Of a stretch of DNA of 64,000 bases, positions 10,286 through 20,393 are shown piece by piece. This DNA is from a virus. The DNA lies in IMG/VR virus record IMGVR_UViG_3300034107_000725, positions 129,991 to 193,990 of that record; one strand, given 5' to 3'. The stretch's first letter is position 1. Every line of letters starts with the position of its first letter. The position numbers and the translations under genes were made by a program. The notes under the pieces are model-generated. The model had not been told where the DNA came from, ran no database searches, and saw nothing but the letters and a program-made list of their open reading frames with translations.

Positions 10286-10770
10286 CCCAGCTATCAGGCA
10301 CACTACATCAGTACATTGGACGTACAGTGGACGTGCTGGCGTTTGACGACGCTAAAGCTACTGGGGATGCCTTGCTGACTCAAACTCTGGTTCAACCAGG
10401 GCAAAGTGGAGCACTCATTACCGGTATCGAAAAGCTGGTGCAGCGTTTCCTGCTTGAGCTACTGACCGAGCAAGGTTCCATGCCGTATGCTTTGGCTCGT
10501 GGTACGTTTTTCATGACGCAGATCCGTGCCGGAATGCTGAGTACATCTCAAGATCTGTTTGCAGCTTTTGGAGCCGCAGAGCTGGAAATCCGAACCAATC
10601 TGCGAACAGAAGAAGATGTTGCAACAAACCCCGCAGATGAGCGATACAAGTCAGCCTCTCTGCTTGCTGCGTCATTACAGGGAGATCTGGCGGTGCTTAC
10701 CATTCAGGTTATGAGCGTCGCTGACGTTTCGCGAACCGTGATCTACCCACTGAGAGTTTCTATATCTTGA
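10282..10770 (+). CDS. Baseplate wedge protein, gp25/gpW-like
   Basis: IEKLVQRFLLELLTEQGS motif and C-terminal LTIQVMS strand; directly upstream of the gpJ-like gene. Confidence 0.65.
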   Translation: MTQLSGTLHQYIGRTVDVLAFDDAKATGDALLTQTLVQPGQSGALITGIEKLVQRFLLELLTEQGSMPYALARGTFFMTQIRAGMLSTSQDLFAAFGAAELEIRTNLRTEEDVATNPADERYKSASLLAASLQGDLAVLTIQVMSVADVSRTVIYPLRVSIS

Positions 10771-10777
10771 GGATGCC

Positions 10778-12448
10778 ATGAGCCTGACCGTATCAAACTT
10801 TGAATTGTCCAACCTGACAGACCTCGACAACGCCGATGTCCAACAGGTGTTGGAACAGTTGACGACTCAGCTGCAGGAACTCAACCCTTCGTTAGATCTT
10901 AAACGAGGGGTTTTTAAAGATATCGTGGCGTACTATCACGCCGTGCTTGAGACGGCAATTCGTACAAATTTGGAACGCTACCAGTCTGCTCGCAGTCTAC
11001 AGCAGATTAACGCCAACGCCGTTGCCGCAGATTCCACAGTCGTAGATGAGGTTCTTTCTAATTGGGGCATAACCCGTAAGACAGGAACCAGAGCAATAGG
11101 TTCGGTCACTATCGAGATCAGTCAGGCTCGCTCAGTAACCATACCGGCTAACTTCACTTTCTCTGTAAACGGATTAACCTACGTCGCGACTCAGACCTTC
11201 ACCTCGAGAACAAGTGAAGGACAGATTTCTAATCCTGTCACTGACCGCTTACTGGTACAACTGAGTAACGGAAACTGGGCCTTCACTATTGAGGTGGAAG
11301 CTGAAGACGTAGGTTCAAAATATAAGCTAAACGCCGGGGATACGTTAAACCCGGATCGAACCGTCGTATCCTTTGTCGCCAGTTACGCGACCTCTACATT
11401 TAATGACGGTTTAGACGCAGAGACCAACGAACAATTAATCGCTGAACTACAGTTGGGCCTGGCGGCCAAGGCGTTGTCTAACCGCACTAACATGCGATCT
11501 TATCTGCGATCCATACCTGCTTTGAATCTTATAACAAATCAATCCATTGTCGGTTACGGTGACGCCGAGATGTTGCGGGATCAACATACCATTTTTCCGG
11601 TCAGCTACGGTGGCAGAGTGGATTGGTACATTCGCGGCCAAGAAACCCTACAGCGGTTGGCTGTCACGGTAACCGCAACTTGTATCAGCATCGCGGGCAG
11701 TACCAGCACATGGCAATTTGCACTAAACAAGAACGCATCGCCCGGATTTTACGAAGTCACTAAGATTCGACGACAACTTGACGCAAATTTAAATTCCGGA
11801 TTTGAAATCATTCTAGACAGTCGATCCAACGACCTGACAGGTGACGGGTTTATTCCGGACATTACTACAATAGCAGAAGGGGCGTACACCGCGTTTCAAA
11901 CTGCGATCATACAGTTCGTAGATACTGTGACGCTTGTATCCGGGCTGGCTGTAGGGCAGACTGCTCTATACACTTGCGAGCTGATCGGCACTCCACTGAT
12001 TCAAGAAATCCAAACACTGGTATCGAGCCGCGATGTCCGCAGTTATGCCGCAGATGCTTTGGTTAAAGCTCCGGTACCTTGTTTTGTACAGGTGACTCTT
12101 ACCCTAAACAAGACAACAGGAACTATGGTCGACGCGGATATGATTGACAAGATCAAGCTCGCCATCATCGGTGTAGTCAATCGCACAGACTTCGTAGGCA
12201 GGTTGGACGGTTCCTATATCATTGAAGCCGTGCACGGTCTGATTACAGATAACATAAGCATAACTCAATTGGATCTTCTGGGACGTATACGTAGACCAGA
12301 CGGTACATTACAATATTTACGAGACCCGGATTCAATTGTGATCCCGGAGCAACCGGTTAAGATGGTGACAGCAAAAACGGTTCAATTTTTTGCAGAGGTT
12401 GCAGATGTGTCCGTTAACGTAGCATCTACGATTCCTACGGCAAACTAA
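10778..12448 (+). CDS. Baseplate J-like wedge protein
   Basis: LDEVLSNWGITRK.GT.AIGSV motif, VTIPANFTF...Y, VEAEDVGSKY, GLDAETNEQL..L: the gpJ/gp47 pattern. Confidence 0.82.
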   Translation: MSLTVSNFELSNLTDLDNADVQQVLEQLTTQLQELNPSLDLKRGVFKDIVAYYHAVLETAIRTNLERYQSARSLQQINANAVAADSTVVDEVLSNWGITRKTGTRAIGSVTIEISQARSVTIPANFTFSVNGLTYVATQTFTSRTSEGQISNPVTDRLLVQLSNGNWAFTIEVEAEDVGSKYKLNAGDTLNPDRTVVSFVASYATSTFNDGLDAETNEQLIAELQLGLAAKALSNRTNMRSYLRSIPALNLITNQSIVGYGDAEMLRDQHTIFPVSYGGRVDWYIRGQETLQRLAVTVTATCISIAGSTSTWQFALNKNASPGFYEVTKIRRQLDANLNSGFEIILDSRSNDLTGDGFIPDITTIAEGAYTAFQTAIIQFVDTVTLVSGLAVGQTALYTCELIGTPLIQEIQTLVSSRDVRSYAADALVKAPVPCFVQVTLTLNKTTGTMVDADMIDKIKLAIIGVVNRTDFVGRLDGSYIIEAVHGLITDNISITQLDLLGRIRRPDGTLQYLRDPDSIVIPEQPVKMVTAKTVQFFAEVADVSVNVASTIPTAN

Positions 12449-12463
12449 CAGGAGGTTACTTGC

Positions 12464-13378
12464 GTGGCAAAACGAGCAAGCGGACGAGCAGAAGCTATTC
12501 GATTGTTGAAGCAAGACGGTGGTGAAGATCAACGCACCCCGCAACAGATGACGTTTGCCGTGAACTACTTGACGTTCTTTGGCTACATTGCAGTACACTT
12601 GCTGCAAAACCTGGAACTCAAAGATATCAAGGCAGCGATCAAGGCTTTTCAAAAAATCTTTGGCCTAAAAGAGGACGGCACACTCACGCCGCAAACTTTA
12701 CGTGCCATGGAAGGACCTCGATGTGGTTGTCCTGACCACATTGACGCGGACAATAAAAACCACCTTCAATTCATGCGGGCTCAAGAGATCTCAATCGAGA
12801 AACGAGATCGCTGGAACAAGCAAGGATTGAAGTACTTTATCGAGAAGTATCCGACGACCAAGATTCACAAAGACGAGCAGTCGCTTATCTTTGCGTCTGC
12901 CTTCCGGGCGTGGGATGACGTGTGTGGTCTAAATATTTTAGAGTGCAAGAAGGCTGCCGATGCGGATATCATTGTATCTGTAGGCAGTGGGCCTCAGCAC
13001 AACTTTGACGGTGTCGGTGGTACGCTAGCCTGGGCCTATCTACCCACGGGAACAGATCAGCAGCTTACGATGCGATTTGACCTCGAAGAAACTTGGGTAG
13101 CTAAACCAAAAGATCGTGGTGTCTTGCTGCACAACGTGGCCTGCCACGAGTTTGGACATCTTTTGGGACTAACCCATTCAAAGCGACCTAGTGCTTTGAT
13201 GGCTCCATACTACAACCCATTTGTCGCTGTCCCGCAAGAGGACGATGACATCACACGAATTGAAAAACTTTACGGCAAAAACAACCAAATTGCCGCAATT
13301 CATGAAGTCAGTAAAGTTGGCTCTAACCTGACAGTGGAACTGCAGCCGGGCCAAAAACTTACGGTTGTTTGCAAATAA
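12464..13378 (+). CDS. Matrixin (M10A, MMP-like) zinc metalloprotease zymogen
   Basis: PG-binding-like prodomain (IKAAIKAFQKIFGLKEDGTLTPQTLRAM), cysteine switch PRCGCPD (12716-12736), GTLAWAYLP, zinc motif HEFGHLLGLTH (13145-13177) and Met-turn SALMAPYY. GTG start with GGAGG RBS. Confidence 0.9.
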   Translation: MAKRASGRAEAIRLLKQDGGEDQRTPQQMTFAVNYLTFFGYIAVHLLQNLELKDIKAAIKAFQKIFGLKEDGTLTPQTLRAMEGPRCGCPDHIDADNKNHLQFMRAQEISIEKRDRWNKQGLKYFIEKYPTTKIHKDEQSLIFASAFRAWDDVCGLNILECKKAADADIIVSVGSGPQHNFDGVGGTLAWAYLPTGTDQQLTMRFDLEETWVAKPKDRGVLLHNVACHEFGHLLGLTHSKRPSALMAPYYNPFVAVPQEDDDITRIEKLYGKNNQIAAIHEVSKVGSNLTVELQPGQKLTVVCK

Positions 13379-13389
13379 GGAGATCGATC

Positions 13390-13791
13390 ATGCCGATGAC
13401 ACAGCTCACTTTGGATCTGGGTACTTTCGTGACTGCGATCAAGTACCTACTCGCTGCCTGTCTAGTAGCAGTCTGCGTGTTCACGTTTGTCATTCCCTGG
13501 ATACGTGACTTGCTAACCAAGGAAGCCGAAGTTGTTGCAAACCCACGAGCGTCAGGGTTGCCTCGCTTTCGGCGTCGTGACGAAAATCACTGTAGCGACA
13601 CCCCACCTCCATCCGGATTCGCTGACCACTTGAAGGTCATTGAAGCCACGGCTCCCAACGCAGATCCAAAAATCTGGTGGGAATACGCCAAGGCTGAAAT
13701 GACCGAGGCCGAAGTTGCAATCGCTGAAGCCAAGTTGGCTCGGGTTTGCAGCGATGTGACCGCAACTGTGGTGCCAGGGGGGACGATATGA
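13390..13791 (+). CDS. Membrane protein (one N-terminal TM helix), holin-like candidate
   Basis: Hydrophobic segment YLLAACLVAVCVFTFVIPWI; AGGAG RBS; ATGA-coupled to the next gene. Confidence 0.55.
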   Translation: MPMTQLTLDLGTFVTAIKYLLAACLVAVCVFTFVIPWIRDLLTKEAEVVANPRASGLPRFRRRDENHCSDTPPPSGFADHLKVIEATAPNADPKIWWEYAKAEMTEAEVAIAEAKLARVCSDVTATVVPGGTI

Positions 13792-14153
13792 AACCCAAAT
13801 ACACGGGGTTGTTCTGTGGTGTTGCGGGGGTCCTGCTTCTGCTTTGGCCTTCGCAACAGAGTTCACGGCCTACCCCGCCGCCCCCTCCACCGGTAGTTTT
13901 GGATTTGCCGGGTAAGGCTTTTGCCACATATGAAAAGCTGTGGCGAAAGCATACCCAAGATGCCGCTGATAAAATTGTCAGCGGTACGTTAAAAGACGAA
14001 AAATCTGTGTGGGACTTCTTGGCCGCTGGCCAAGAACCTGCACGTAAGGTTGCGTTTGACGAGCTGGCCAAATCTGAGCAGGACTATTTCATCAAGCAAG
14101 GTGGCTGGTCCGCTGCTGCTCATGAGAAGCTATTAAGGAGCTATGCGAAATGA
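13788..14153 (+). CDS. Membrane-anchored Pro-rich protein
   Basis: N-terminal hydrophobic helix (GLFCGVAGVLLLLW), then PTPPPPPPV linker and a helical domain. Confidence 0.6.
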   Translation: MKPKYTGLFCGVAGVLLLLWPSQQSSRPTPPPPPPVVLDLPGKAFATYEKLWRKHTQDAADKIVSGTLKDEKSVWDFLAAGQEPARKVAFDELAKSEQDYFIKQGGWSAAAHEKLLRSYAK

Positions 14154-14971
14154 GCGAATCGCAAACACCTTACGACTACAACTGGGAACTAGAAGATCAT
14201 GGTTACCTTCAGGCCTTGCCTGAGGCTCCCATGACTACTGATGCCTGGCAAGTCTTTTCGCGTCCGTCAGAGGTTGATGCCAGTTGGCACAACAACGAAA
14301 ACCAAGGTCAAATTGGAAGCTGTCAAGGTAACGGGCTGAGCTCGGTCCTGGAACGTCTTGCCTTTGTACAGGGCAAGACTGTTCAACTATCTCGGATCTT
14401 CGCTTACTTGGCAACTCAGAAAATTGACGGGCTGTTGGGAGCGGACAACGGATCTACTATCGCAGGTGGTTGCAAACTTGCAGTAGAGTCTGGTTGTCCG
14501 CTTGAGGCTGCCACAGGGTATCCTTCACGGTATCCGAATGCGACAGAGCGAATTCAAATTCTCAGCCAGGCCAATTACAGTGCCGGGGCTCCTTACAAAG
14601 CTAAATCTGCCTGGCAAGTACCTAAAGATCATAATCAACTTCTAGATTTTATCGGAGGCGGTGGCGGCATCACTTTCGGGGTCCGCTGGTACAATGGGCT
14701 TATCCCACAGGACCGGATTGTTCGCTCTTTCCGGCCTGCCCGTTGCAGTGGCGGGCATGCCATGTGCGTGCTTGGCTACGACACAGATGGAAACTTACGA
14801 GCTTACAATTCCTGGGGTGACGGTTTGTACACAATCACCCCGGAAGCCTGGGTTCAAATGCTGTCAGATAGTTCTACCGCGGCGATCGGGTTAATGGGCA
14901 ACGTAAACGCCGAGCCGATTGACTGGTATCGTAACTCTCCCTACTTCAAGCTAAGGATGAAACCAGAGTGA
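14150..14971 (+). CDS. Papain-like cysteine peptidase (C1 family)
   Basis: NQGQIGSCQG (oxyanion Gln, catalytic Cys), GGHAMCVLGYD (His) and YNSWG (Asn). Confidence 0.88.
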   Translation: MSESQTPYDYNWELEDHGYLQALPEAPMTTDAWQVFSRPSEVDASWHNNENQGQIGSCQGNGLSSVLERLAFVQGKTVQLSRIFAYLATQKIDGLLGADNGSTIAGGCKLAVESGCPLEAATGYPSRYPNATERIQILSQANYSAGAPYKAKSAWQVPKDHNQLLDFIGGGGGITFGVRWYNGLIPQDRIVRSFRPARCSGGHAMCVLGYDTDGNLRAYNSWGDGLYTITPEAWVQMLSDSSTAAIGLMGNVNAEPIDWYRNSPYFKLRMKPE

Positions 14972-15684
14972 ATCGTACTACGTTTAGTGTAAAACACCTG
15001 CAGTTCGTAGCTGCGGGTGTTGCCTGTGTAGGTTTACTGGGATTGGGCTTCATGCTATCCCTTGTCTCTGCCGAGGCAGTTGCAGCTCCTCCACAGATAG
15101 TCATGGCGACCGCGGATGATACTCTTGTCAGTAAGTTTGATGAGGAAGTCAAATCTGCGTTGGTAGACAACCATCAGAAGCAGATGGCTGCGTTGTCTGA
15201 CCAAAAAACCATGCTGCAGAAACTAGATCAATCCGTTCAGCAGTTGTTGGTAAAATCAAAAGAACAGCCAACGCCGCCTCCGGCTCCTCAAGCAGAGACC
15301 AAACCCAAAGTTCAGCCGACTCCAAAGCCTGAACCTGCAAAGGCAATAGCTCCAGCACCTGTAGCTACCACAACTTTGCCAAACCCTGTTCGTCGTTCCA
15401 GCATCATTTGGAATTTGAACAATCGTTGGGACTATTCCACGGAAGAGCTGACGGCCCACTTACTGGCCGAACACAATTTTGAGGCAGCTTCCTACGATCG
15501 AGAACAACTTCAAACGGTACACGACAACCTGCATAACGGGTACACCGCTCTAGGTGACACGGTCGTGCAAGCTCCTGTAGCTCAATCACCTGCGGTACAC
15601 TATCACTATACAGCACCTCAGCGACGTGGCTGGGGACTGCGAAGTGTTGCTTCTTGCCCTGGAGGGACTTGTCCAACGCCATGA
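14968..15684 (+). CDS. Membrane-anchored coiled-coil / Pro-rich protein
   Basis: N-terminal TM (FVAAGVACVGLLGLGFMLSLV), coiled coil (QKQMAALSDQKTMLQKLDQSVQQLL), Pro-rich linker, C-terminal CPGGTCP. GTG start. Confidence 0.65.
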   Translation: MNRTTFSVKHLQFVAAGVACVGLLGLGFMLSLVSAEAVAAPPQIVMATADDTLVSKFDEEVKSALVDNHQKQMAALSDQKTMLQKLDQSVQQLLVKSKEQPTPPPAPQAETKPKVQPTPKPEPAKAIAPAPVATTTLPNPVRRSSIIWNLNNRWDYSTEELTAHLLAEHNFEAASYDREQLQTVHDNLHNGYTALGDTVVQAPVAQSPAVHYHYTAPQRRGWGLRSVASCPGGTCPTP

Positions 15685-15995
15685 GTAACGAACCTAAGCC
15701 AGAAGCCATAAGCTACGACTATCCTGTTGTGATTCCAGCTTCAGTCTATGGACTGCTGGAAAGCCTGCTTAACACAGGTAAGATCTCGCAATCCGGTGTA
15801 GAGTTGGATTTTTCACCGGTGCAGGAGATTAAGATCTCCAACGGCACAGCTCGACTGAACCCGCCTGCCCGCGTATCTCTAGGGTATGGTGGTGTGGCAA
15901 TTCGCACAACTGTGTCTGCCTTAGTCGCTCAAGCAGGTGGGGTGAAGATAGAGATCGACAACTCGCCCATTAATGTTGAGGTACGTCCTGGATGA
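15681..15995 (+). CDS. Hypothetical beta-rich protein
   Basis: ATGA-coupled on both sides; start reassigned to ATG 15681. Confidence 0.55.
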   Translation: MSNEPKPEAISYDYPVVIPASVYGLLESLLNTGKISQSGVELDFSPVQEIKISNGTARLNPPARVSLGYGGVAIRTTVSALVAQAGGVKIEIDNSPINVEVRPG

Positions 15996-16351
15996 ACTGG
16001 GACGCCTTAACCTTAGAATGTTGCCGAGAGCATGGATGCTCTGACCAGCATATCGATATGGCAATGGCTGGTCCGTATTCTCGAACAATCGTTCAAGATA
16101 TGCGGCGAAAACAAATTGACGTACGCACTGCTTCAGATGCCGTACGCCGAGCCTATCTGGCTAATCCACAGGCTAGCCGAGAAGAGATGCGACGGCAGTC
16201 GTATAAATTCATTCTTGGTGGCATCCTTCTTACGATACTACTGCAAGCTCTATTATCCGCCGTAGCCAAGATGGCTATCGAGTGGTTTTTAGATCACGTC
16301 TTCAACAAGCAGGAAACCCGCAATGGCGGTATATCGCTACCCCCAGAATAA
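15992..16351 (+). CDS. Membrane protein (C-terminal TM helix)
   Basis: Hydrophobic segment FILGGILLTILLQALLSAVAKMAIEWFL. Confidence 0.55.
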   Translation: MNWDALTLECCREHGCSDQHIDMAMAGPYSRTIVQDMRRKQIDVRTASDAVRRAYLANPQASREEMRRQSYKFILGGILLTILLQALLSAVAKMAIEWFLDHVFNKQETRNGGISLPPE

Positions 16352-17897
16352 TTTCGACACACCGGAACTATTGCTGGACCTATTGGGCAGTTTCTGGGCT
16401 AACACCTACCAAGGCACTGCTTTGGTAGGTGATTTAACAAGTACTGCCGGGCAAATCGCCCAGCAGACTTATCTGCACCTGCTGGAATTGATAAACAGCG
16501 TATCTCGGTTTGATGTGCCCGTCTACCATCAGGACAATTGGTACGGATTAACCATACGTGAGTCTGAGTTAAACACGGACCCGTCTCTGCTGCCGCAACA
16601 TACAACACCGTCCAGCTATCAGTTCCTTAGTGACGCAACTCTGAGTTATAGCACAGATCCTCAAACAGTAAGACAAAGCCTACAACTATTTGTTGTCACC
16701 AAACCGACTGGCCTTGAGAACGTCAAACTGATTTTTAACCGGCTGACGTCACCGACAGTTGAGCTCCAGAATGGTTTGGACTACTGGATCACAGACTCTG
16801 TGATTGTCTTCCGAGACAATCCATTCAATAATCCGCTGATTGCCCGTCGAGATCTGCTCAATAACTCCGGGCAGATTGTTGACCGCGAGCTCGTCCTTTG
16901 GTTGTACCGTGGTTTATGGGACTGGAATACAGTTTATGAGCAGTTTGGTTACGCCTTACAGCTTCAGTTGAAGTCGAGTGAAGGTTATAAGTCATTTTTA
17001 AACGCCATTTTTGATGCACTTGTAGAAGGTACCAGCCTCCGCACCCAGCAGTTTGCGTTGGCTGCCGTCTACGGTGTGCCGCTAATTATCGAAGCGACTG
17101 AAACGGTCGAGACGATTGCAAAAGATGCGGATAAGCTGAACATCATTACAGATAGTCACGCTTACCAGTTCCCAGTGACTGCGATACCTCTCGTACAGGT
17201 CGGGGACGTTGTACGTGCTGGTGACTCGATAACGAACCTGTTGCAAGTATTTGAGCTCAACCGAGGAGCTGAGATCTCTCCAGCAGACATACAGGCATTA
17301 ACTATCGGTACAGGTGTGCTGGCCTGGGGCTTCTGGGGCGATTTGACGTTTGAAAATAAACAAGTACCCGTCATAGTCGAATCAGATACGGCTGGTCGCA
17401 CCAAAGTCTCATGGGCACTTGGTGGATTTCCGTTTGACGTGGAAAACTTCTGGGACGAAGTACACGCAGCAGGAGTTCAGAAAGGGCAGACGCTTGCCAA
17501 CTTACTGGACACACGGGAAAATCCTGTAGGGCAGCCCACCGCAGGTATGTTGCCAACCACCATAAATCCATTCCAGTTCCTGACAAATAACCTTTTACGG
17601 AATAACGCCTACCTGGTTAAAGTGCGGCCAGGCAGTGAACTTACCGATCGACTGGACTTCATGCCGGTAGAGCAGTTGCGTAAGATTCAACCGCCGCATA
17701 CTCTAATGTTGCTGATTGTTGAATTGGTTCACAGGGATAGTCCTGTTATCATGGAAAATCCAGGAACCGAGACCGATCCGGGCTACGTAGAAACCTTGAG
17801 CGGATTTCCTTGCATGGTCAACTCAGATGATATGGACCCTGCAGTGTACGTGGCCGAGCGGGTTAGAACCAGCGTCATTGGCGGTCGGTGCGTCTAA
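16323..17897 (+). CDS. Baseplate wedge protein (gpI/gp7-like)
   Basis: 524 aa. LLGSFW..TY N-terminus and EGTSLRTQQFALAAVYGVP motif resemble gpI-type wedge proteins. Lies between the gpJ-like gene and the fibre genes. Confidence 0.55.
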   Translation: MAVYRYPQNNFDTPELLLDLLGSFWANTYQGTALVGDLTSTAGQIAQQTYLHLLELINSVSRFDVPVYHQDNWYGLTIRESELNTDPSLLPQHTTPSSYQFLSDATLSYSTDPQTVRQSLQLFVVTKPTGLENVKLIFNRLTSPTVELQNGLDYWITDSVIVFRDNPFNNPLIARRDLLNNSGQIVDRELVLWLYRGLWDWNTVYEQFGYALQLQLKSSEGYKSFLNAIFDALVEGTSLRTQQFALAAVYGVPLIIEATETVETIAKDADKLNIITDSHAYQFPVTAIPLVQVGDVVRAGDSITNLLQVFELNRGAEISPADIQALTIGTGVLAWGFWGDLTFENKQVPVIVESDTAGRTKVSWALGGFPFDVENFWDEVHAAGVQKGQTLANLLDTRENPVGQPTAGMLPTTINPFQFLTNNLLRNNAYLVKVRPGSELTDRLDFMPVEQLRKIQPPHTLMLLIVELVHRDSPVIMENPGTETDPGYVETLSGFPCMVNSDDMDPAVYVAERVRTSVIGGRCV

Positions 17898-17912
17898 TAA
17901 GGACAGTACAAC

Positions 17913-18491
17913 ATGGATTTGATCGGACTCCAAAACATTCGCGGGCAGGTTCGGGCTTACCAGGTCGACGGTGAGCAGTGGACTCCTCGCACAGAGTTAA
18001 AATCCAACCTGGTGCTATATGACTGGGCAAACATCCTATCCAAGCTGCTGACAATTGGTGATGCCCGCTACCGGATTGGCGGCGTCTACTTGGAGTTCGA
18101 GAACACAACGAGCCCCGGTGATACGGTCAGCCCGCCGACTTTCGATCGCACTCGAAGTATCACATACTATGACGAACTCGTAGCCAACTCTAACCGAGAT
18201 TACTTGCGGGTGCCGCTTACAGCGAGCTCGGTTCAATCTACTGGCTCAGGTTTAACGAACAACGAGTTGTTGTTTTTCGCTCGTAGCAGTGGACTAACTG
18301 GAGTACACGGTAAAGATTTTTCCTACGCAGCAAACTCTGTTGTGTTTGGAGCTTCGCTTGTCGCCTTCATCGACTCGACAGATGCTACACAGGATATACT
18401 CTTTAGCAGTTTTTACTTCAACCTTGCTGACCAACAACAAAAGCTCGCGTCTAGCCAAGTTGGGTTGGAATGGCAGCTGACACTCCAGTGA
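17913..18491 (+). CDS. Tail fibre attachment / collar-like structural protein
   Basis: KSNLVLYDWANILSKLL...RIGGVYLEF N-terminus and C-terminal VGLEWQLTLQ resemble baseplate-proximal fibre proteins. Assigned by position. Confidence 0.45.
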   Translation: MDLIGLQNIRGQVRAYQVDGEQWTPRTELKSNLVLYDWANILSKLLTIGDARYRIGGVYLEFENTTSPGDTVSPPTFDRTRSITYYDELVANSNRDYLRVPLTASSVQSTGSGLTNNELLFFARSSGLTGVHGKDFSYAANSVVFGASLVAFIDSTDATQDILFSSFYFNLADQQQKLASSQVGLEWQLTLQ

Positions 18492-18541
18492 TATGCTGAA
18501 ACCCGGTTTGCACCACTCAACTCGTAGGGAGATGCTCAAGG

Positions 18542-20380
18542 ATGAGTCTGGAACGCTTTATCAAGTTCATCAAGGAAGGTGAGCCGGTTTCACCGGGTAC
18601 ACCTAACCGTCCGTTACAGCAACTCGACCAGAACATCCGCTATTTGTGGGATGTCATCCAGGCAGCAGAACTCGGATCTACCGTGTATGCCCGGTCACAG
18701 CCTGTGGCTTCTACGCTGCAAGTAGGCCAGCCAGTTTACTTCAATGCAACCACCGGTCAGTTTGAAGCGGCATATGCCGCAACTGCCACGGATACGCTTA
18801 CGGGCTATCTTGTGTTGCCGGATCAGGCACAAGTCTGGGGTATTGTAGCTACAAAGCTACATGCCACACTGGCAGATATCTTACTGTTCGGTTTCGCCCC
18901 AATTGATATCTCTGCCGCGGTTGGTACAGATTTAAACGGAGATGGCAGTGTGCCTGCAGGCACCTGGTATCTTTCAGGGGCCAGCGTAGGCAAGCTAACT
19001 CGACAAATGCCGCCAGTGTCTATTCCGGTTCTTAAAACAAACGCCAACGGCGGCGTATTTGTGAACCCATCGTTTGTAGACTTCCTGGAAAACCACCGTC
19101 ACTACGTGTTTGAGCTGACGATGCTGCCTGCGGGCGATGTCACTCCGCCGGATCAGGGTGATCCACATGTTATTACCAACGTCGATCCGGATAAACCTGG
19201 CTGGCTACCAGCCGACCACGTCAGCTTCGGTGGTCTTGCTCCTGCCAATGCCGTGTTCGGTTATAACTTCTCACAAGACTTATCACTTAAAAACGTCTAC
19301 CCTCCAATACCGTTACAGTCTGCGTGCATTCAGATGCAGCGACCTAACATTTGGAATACAGAGCTGGAACGCCGCTGGTACGGACAGCAGCTCATGGAAG
19401 ACATGGTGATTATCGACCGTAACGGCATTTGGTGGATGTCAGATCTGTATGACACCGTCCCGTGGCCAACACTGCTCGATACGACGATACCGCCGCCAAC
19501 GCCTGCCCCCTACACTCCAGGGCAAGAAGAATTCTTCCTGAAGTTCTACTTCACTAAAGTAGGGTTTGCTACGGACAACGCAGTCGTCAGTAGCTTACGA
19601 TCTACCGACAACCGCATTAATGTCTACTGTGCGGATACGACTACGCCTGCAACTACAGGTGCGTTGGATATCAGCCTCGATCTTTCGTTGATGCTTGGGG
19701 CCTCAAACCTGACAGGCTCTACAGTATTCAAAAACTTCAACGCGACAACCAGTACGTTCGACCGCGGTCCCGTGGCTGAAGGGCTGTATACCACCTCACC
19801 AAACGTACTGCTGTCTAGCAATATCACTACTCCATACGGTAGCGGTCTGCTGTACCACGGAGTTGTAGGTATAAACGTCTTGCCACAACCGACACAAGAA
19901 CTGGCAAGCCAGCTTGTGCGGTTGGATGGGGTTACGGAAGAAAATTATCCAGTGCTCTATCTGGGAATGCCTAACACCTCATCTACGAGTTATGTGGTTA
20001 AATTTGAAATACCTGCTGCTTTGGGTACGCCCCTAAGCCAATTTGACTTCAAATTTAGGGCTCGCGTATTGGCACGGGCCGCAGGCACTCTACCAAACCT
20101 GACTGTTTCCTACTACAAAACTGCAAGGCCTGTAGGTTTGACAGGACCCGTAACTGTGTCGCCGCCGGGCTACACAGCATTACCGATCGATCTTAACTCT
20201 ACTGAAGTGACGACGAGCTTCACAAATCAGGCCTTTGAGACGATTAGCAGTGCGATTAACGTCGTAGCAGGAGATATCGTTTACGTCAGGGTACAGCGGT
20301 TTCCGGGAACCTCAGACGATTCGTATGCCGGTGAACTTGGTATCATGCAGCAGTCAGGTGTCTTGACGGCACCGGAATAA
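18542..20380 (+). CDS. Tail fibre / baseplate-attached structural protein
   Basis: N-terminal GEPVSPGTPNRPLQQLDQNIRYL resembles fibre N-termini; VGQPVY...VWGIV decoration-like beta module; beta-sandwich-like C-terminus. Confidence 0.6.
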   Translation: MSLERFIKFIKEGEPVSPGTPNRPLQQLDQNIRYLWDVIQAAELGSTVYARSQPVASTLQVGQPVYFNATTGQFEAAYAATATDTLTGYLVLPDQAQVWGIVATKLHATLADILLFGFAPIDISAAVGTDLNGDGSVPAGTWYLSGASVGKLTRQMPPVSIPVLKTNANGGVFVNPSFVDFLENHRHYVFELTMLPAGDVTPPDQGDPHVITNVDPDKPGWLPADHVSFGGLAPANAVFGYNFSQDLSLKNVYPPIPLQSACIQMQRPNIWNTELERRWYGQQLMEDMVIIDRNGIWWMSDLYDTVPWPTLLDTTIPPPTPAPYTPGQEEFFLKFYFTKVGFATDNAVVSSLRSTDNRINVYCADTTTPATTGALDISLDLSLMLGASNLTGSTVFKNFNATTSTFDRGPVAEGLYTTSPNVLLSSNITTPYGSGLLYHGVVGINVLPQPTQELASQLVRLDGVTEENYPVLYLGMPNTSSTSYVVKFEIPAALGTPLSQFDFKFRARVLARAAGTLPNLTVSYYKTARPVGLTGPVTVSPPGYTALPIDLNSTEVTTSFTNQAFETISSAINVVAGDIVYVRVQRFPGTSDDSYAGELGIMQQSGVLTAPE

Positions 20381-20393
20381 GAGAGGACCAAGG

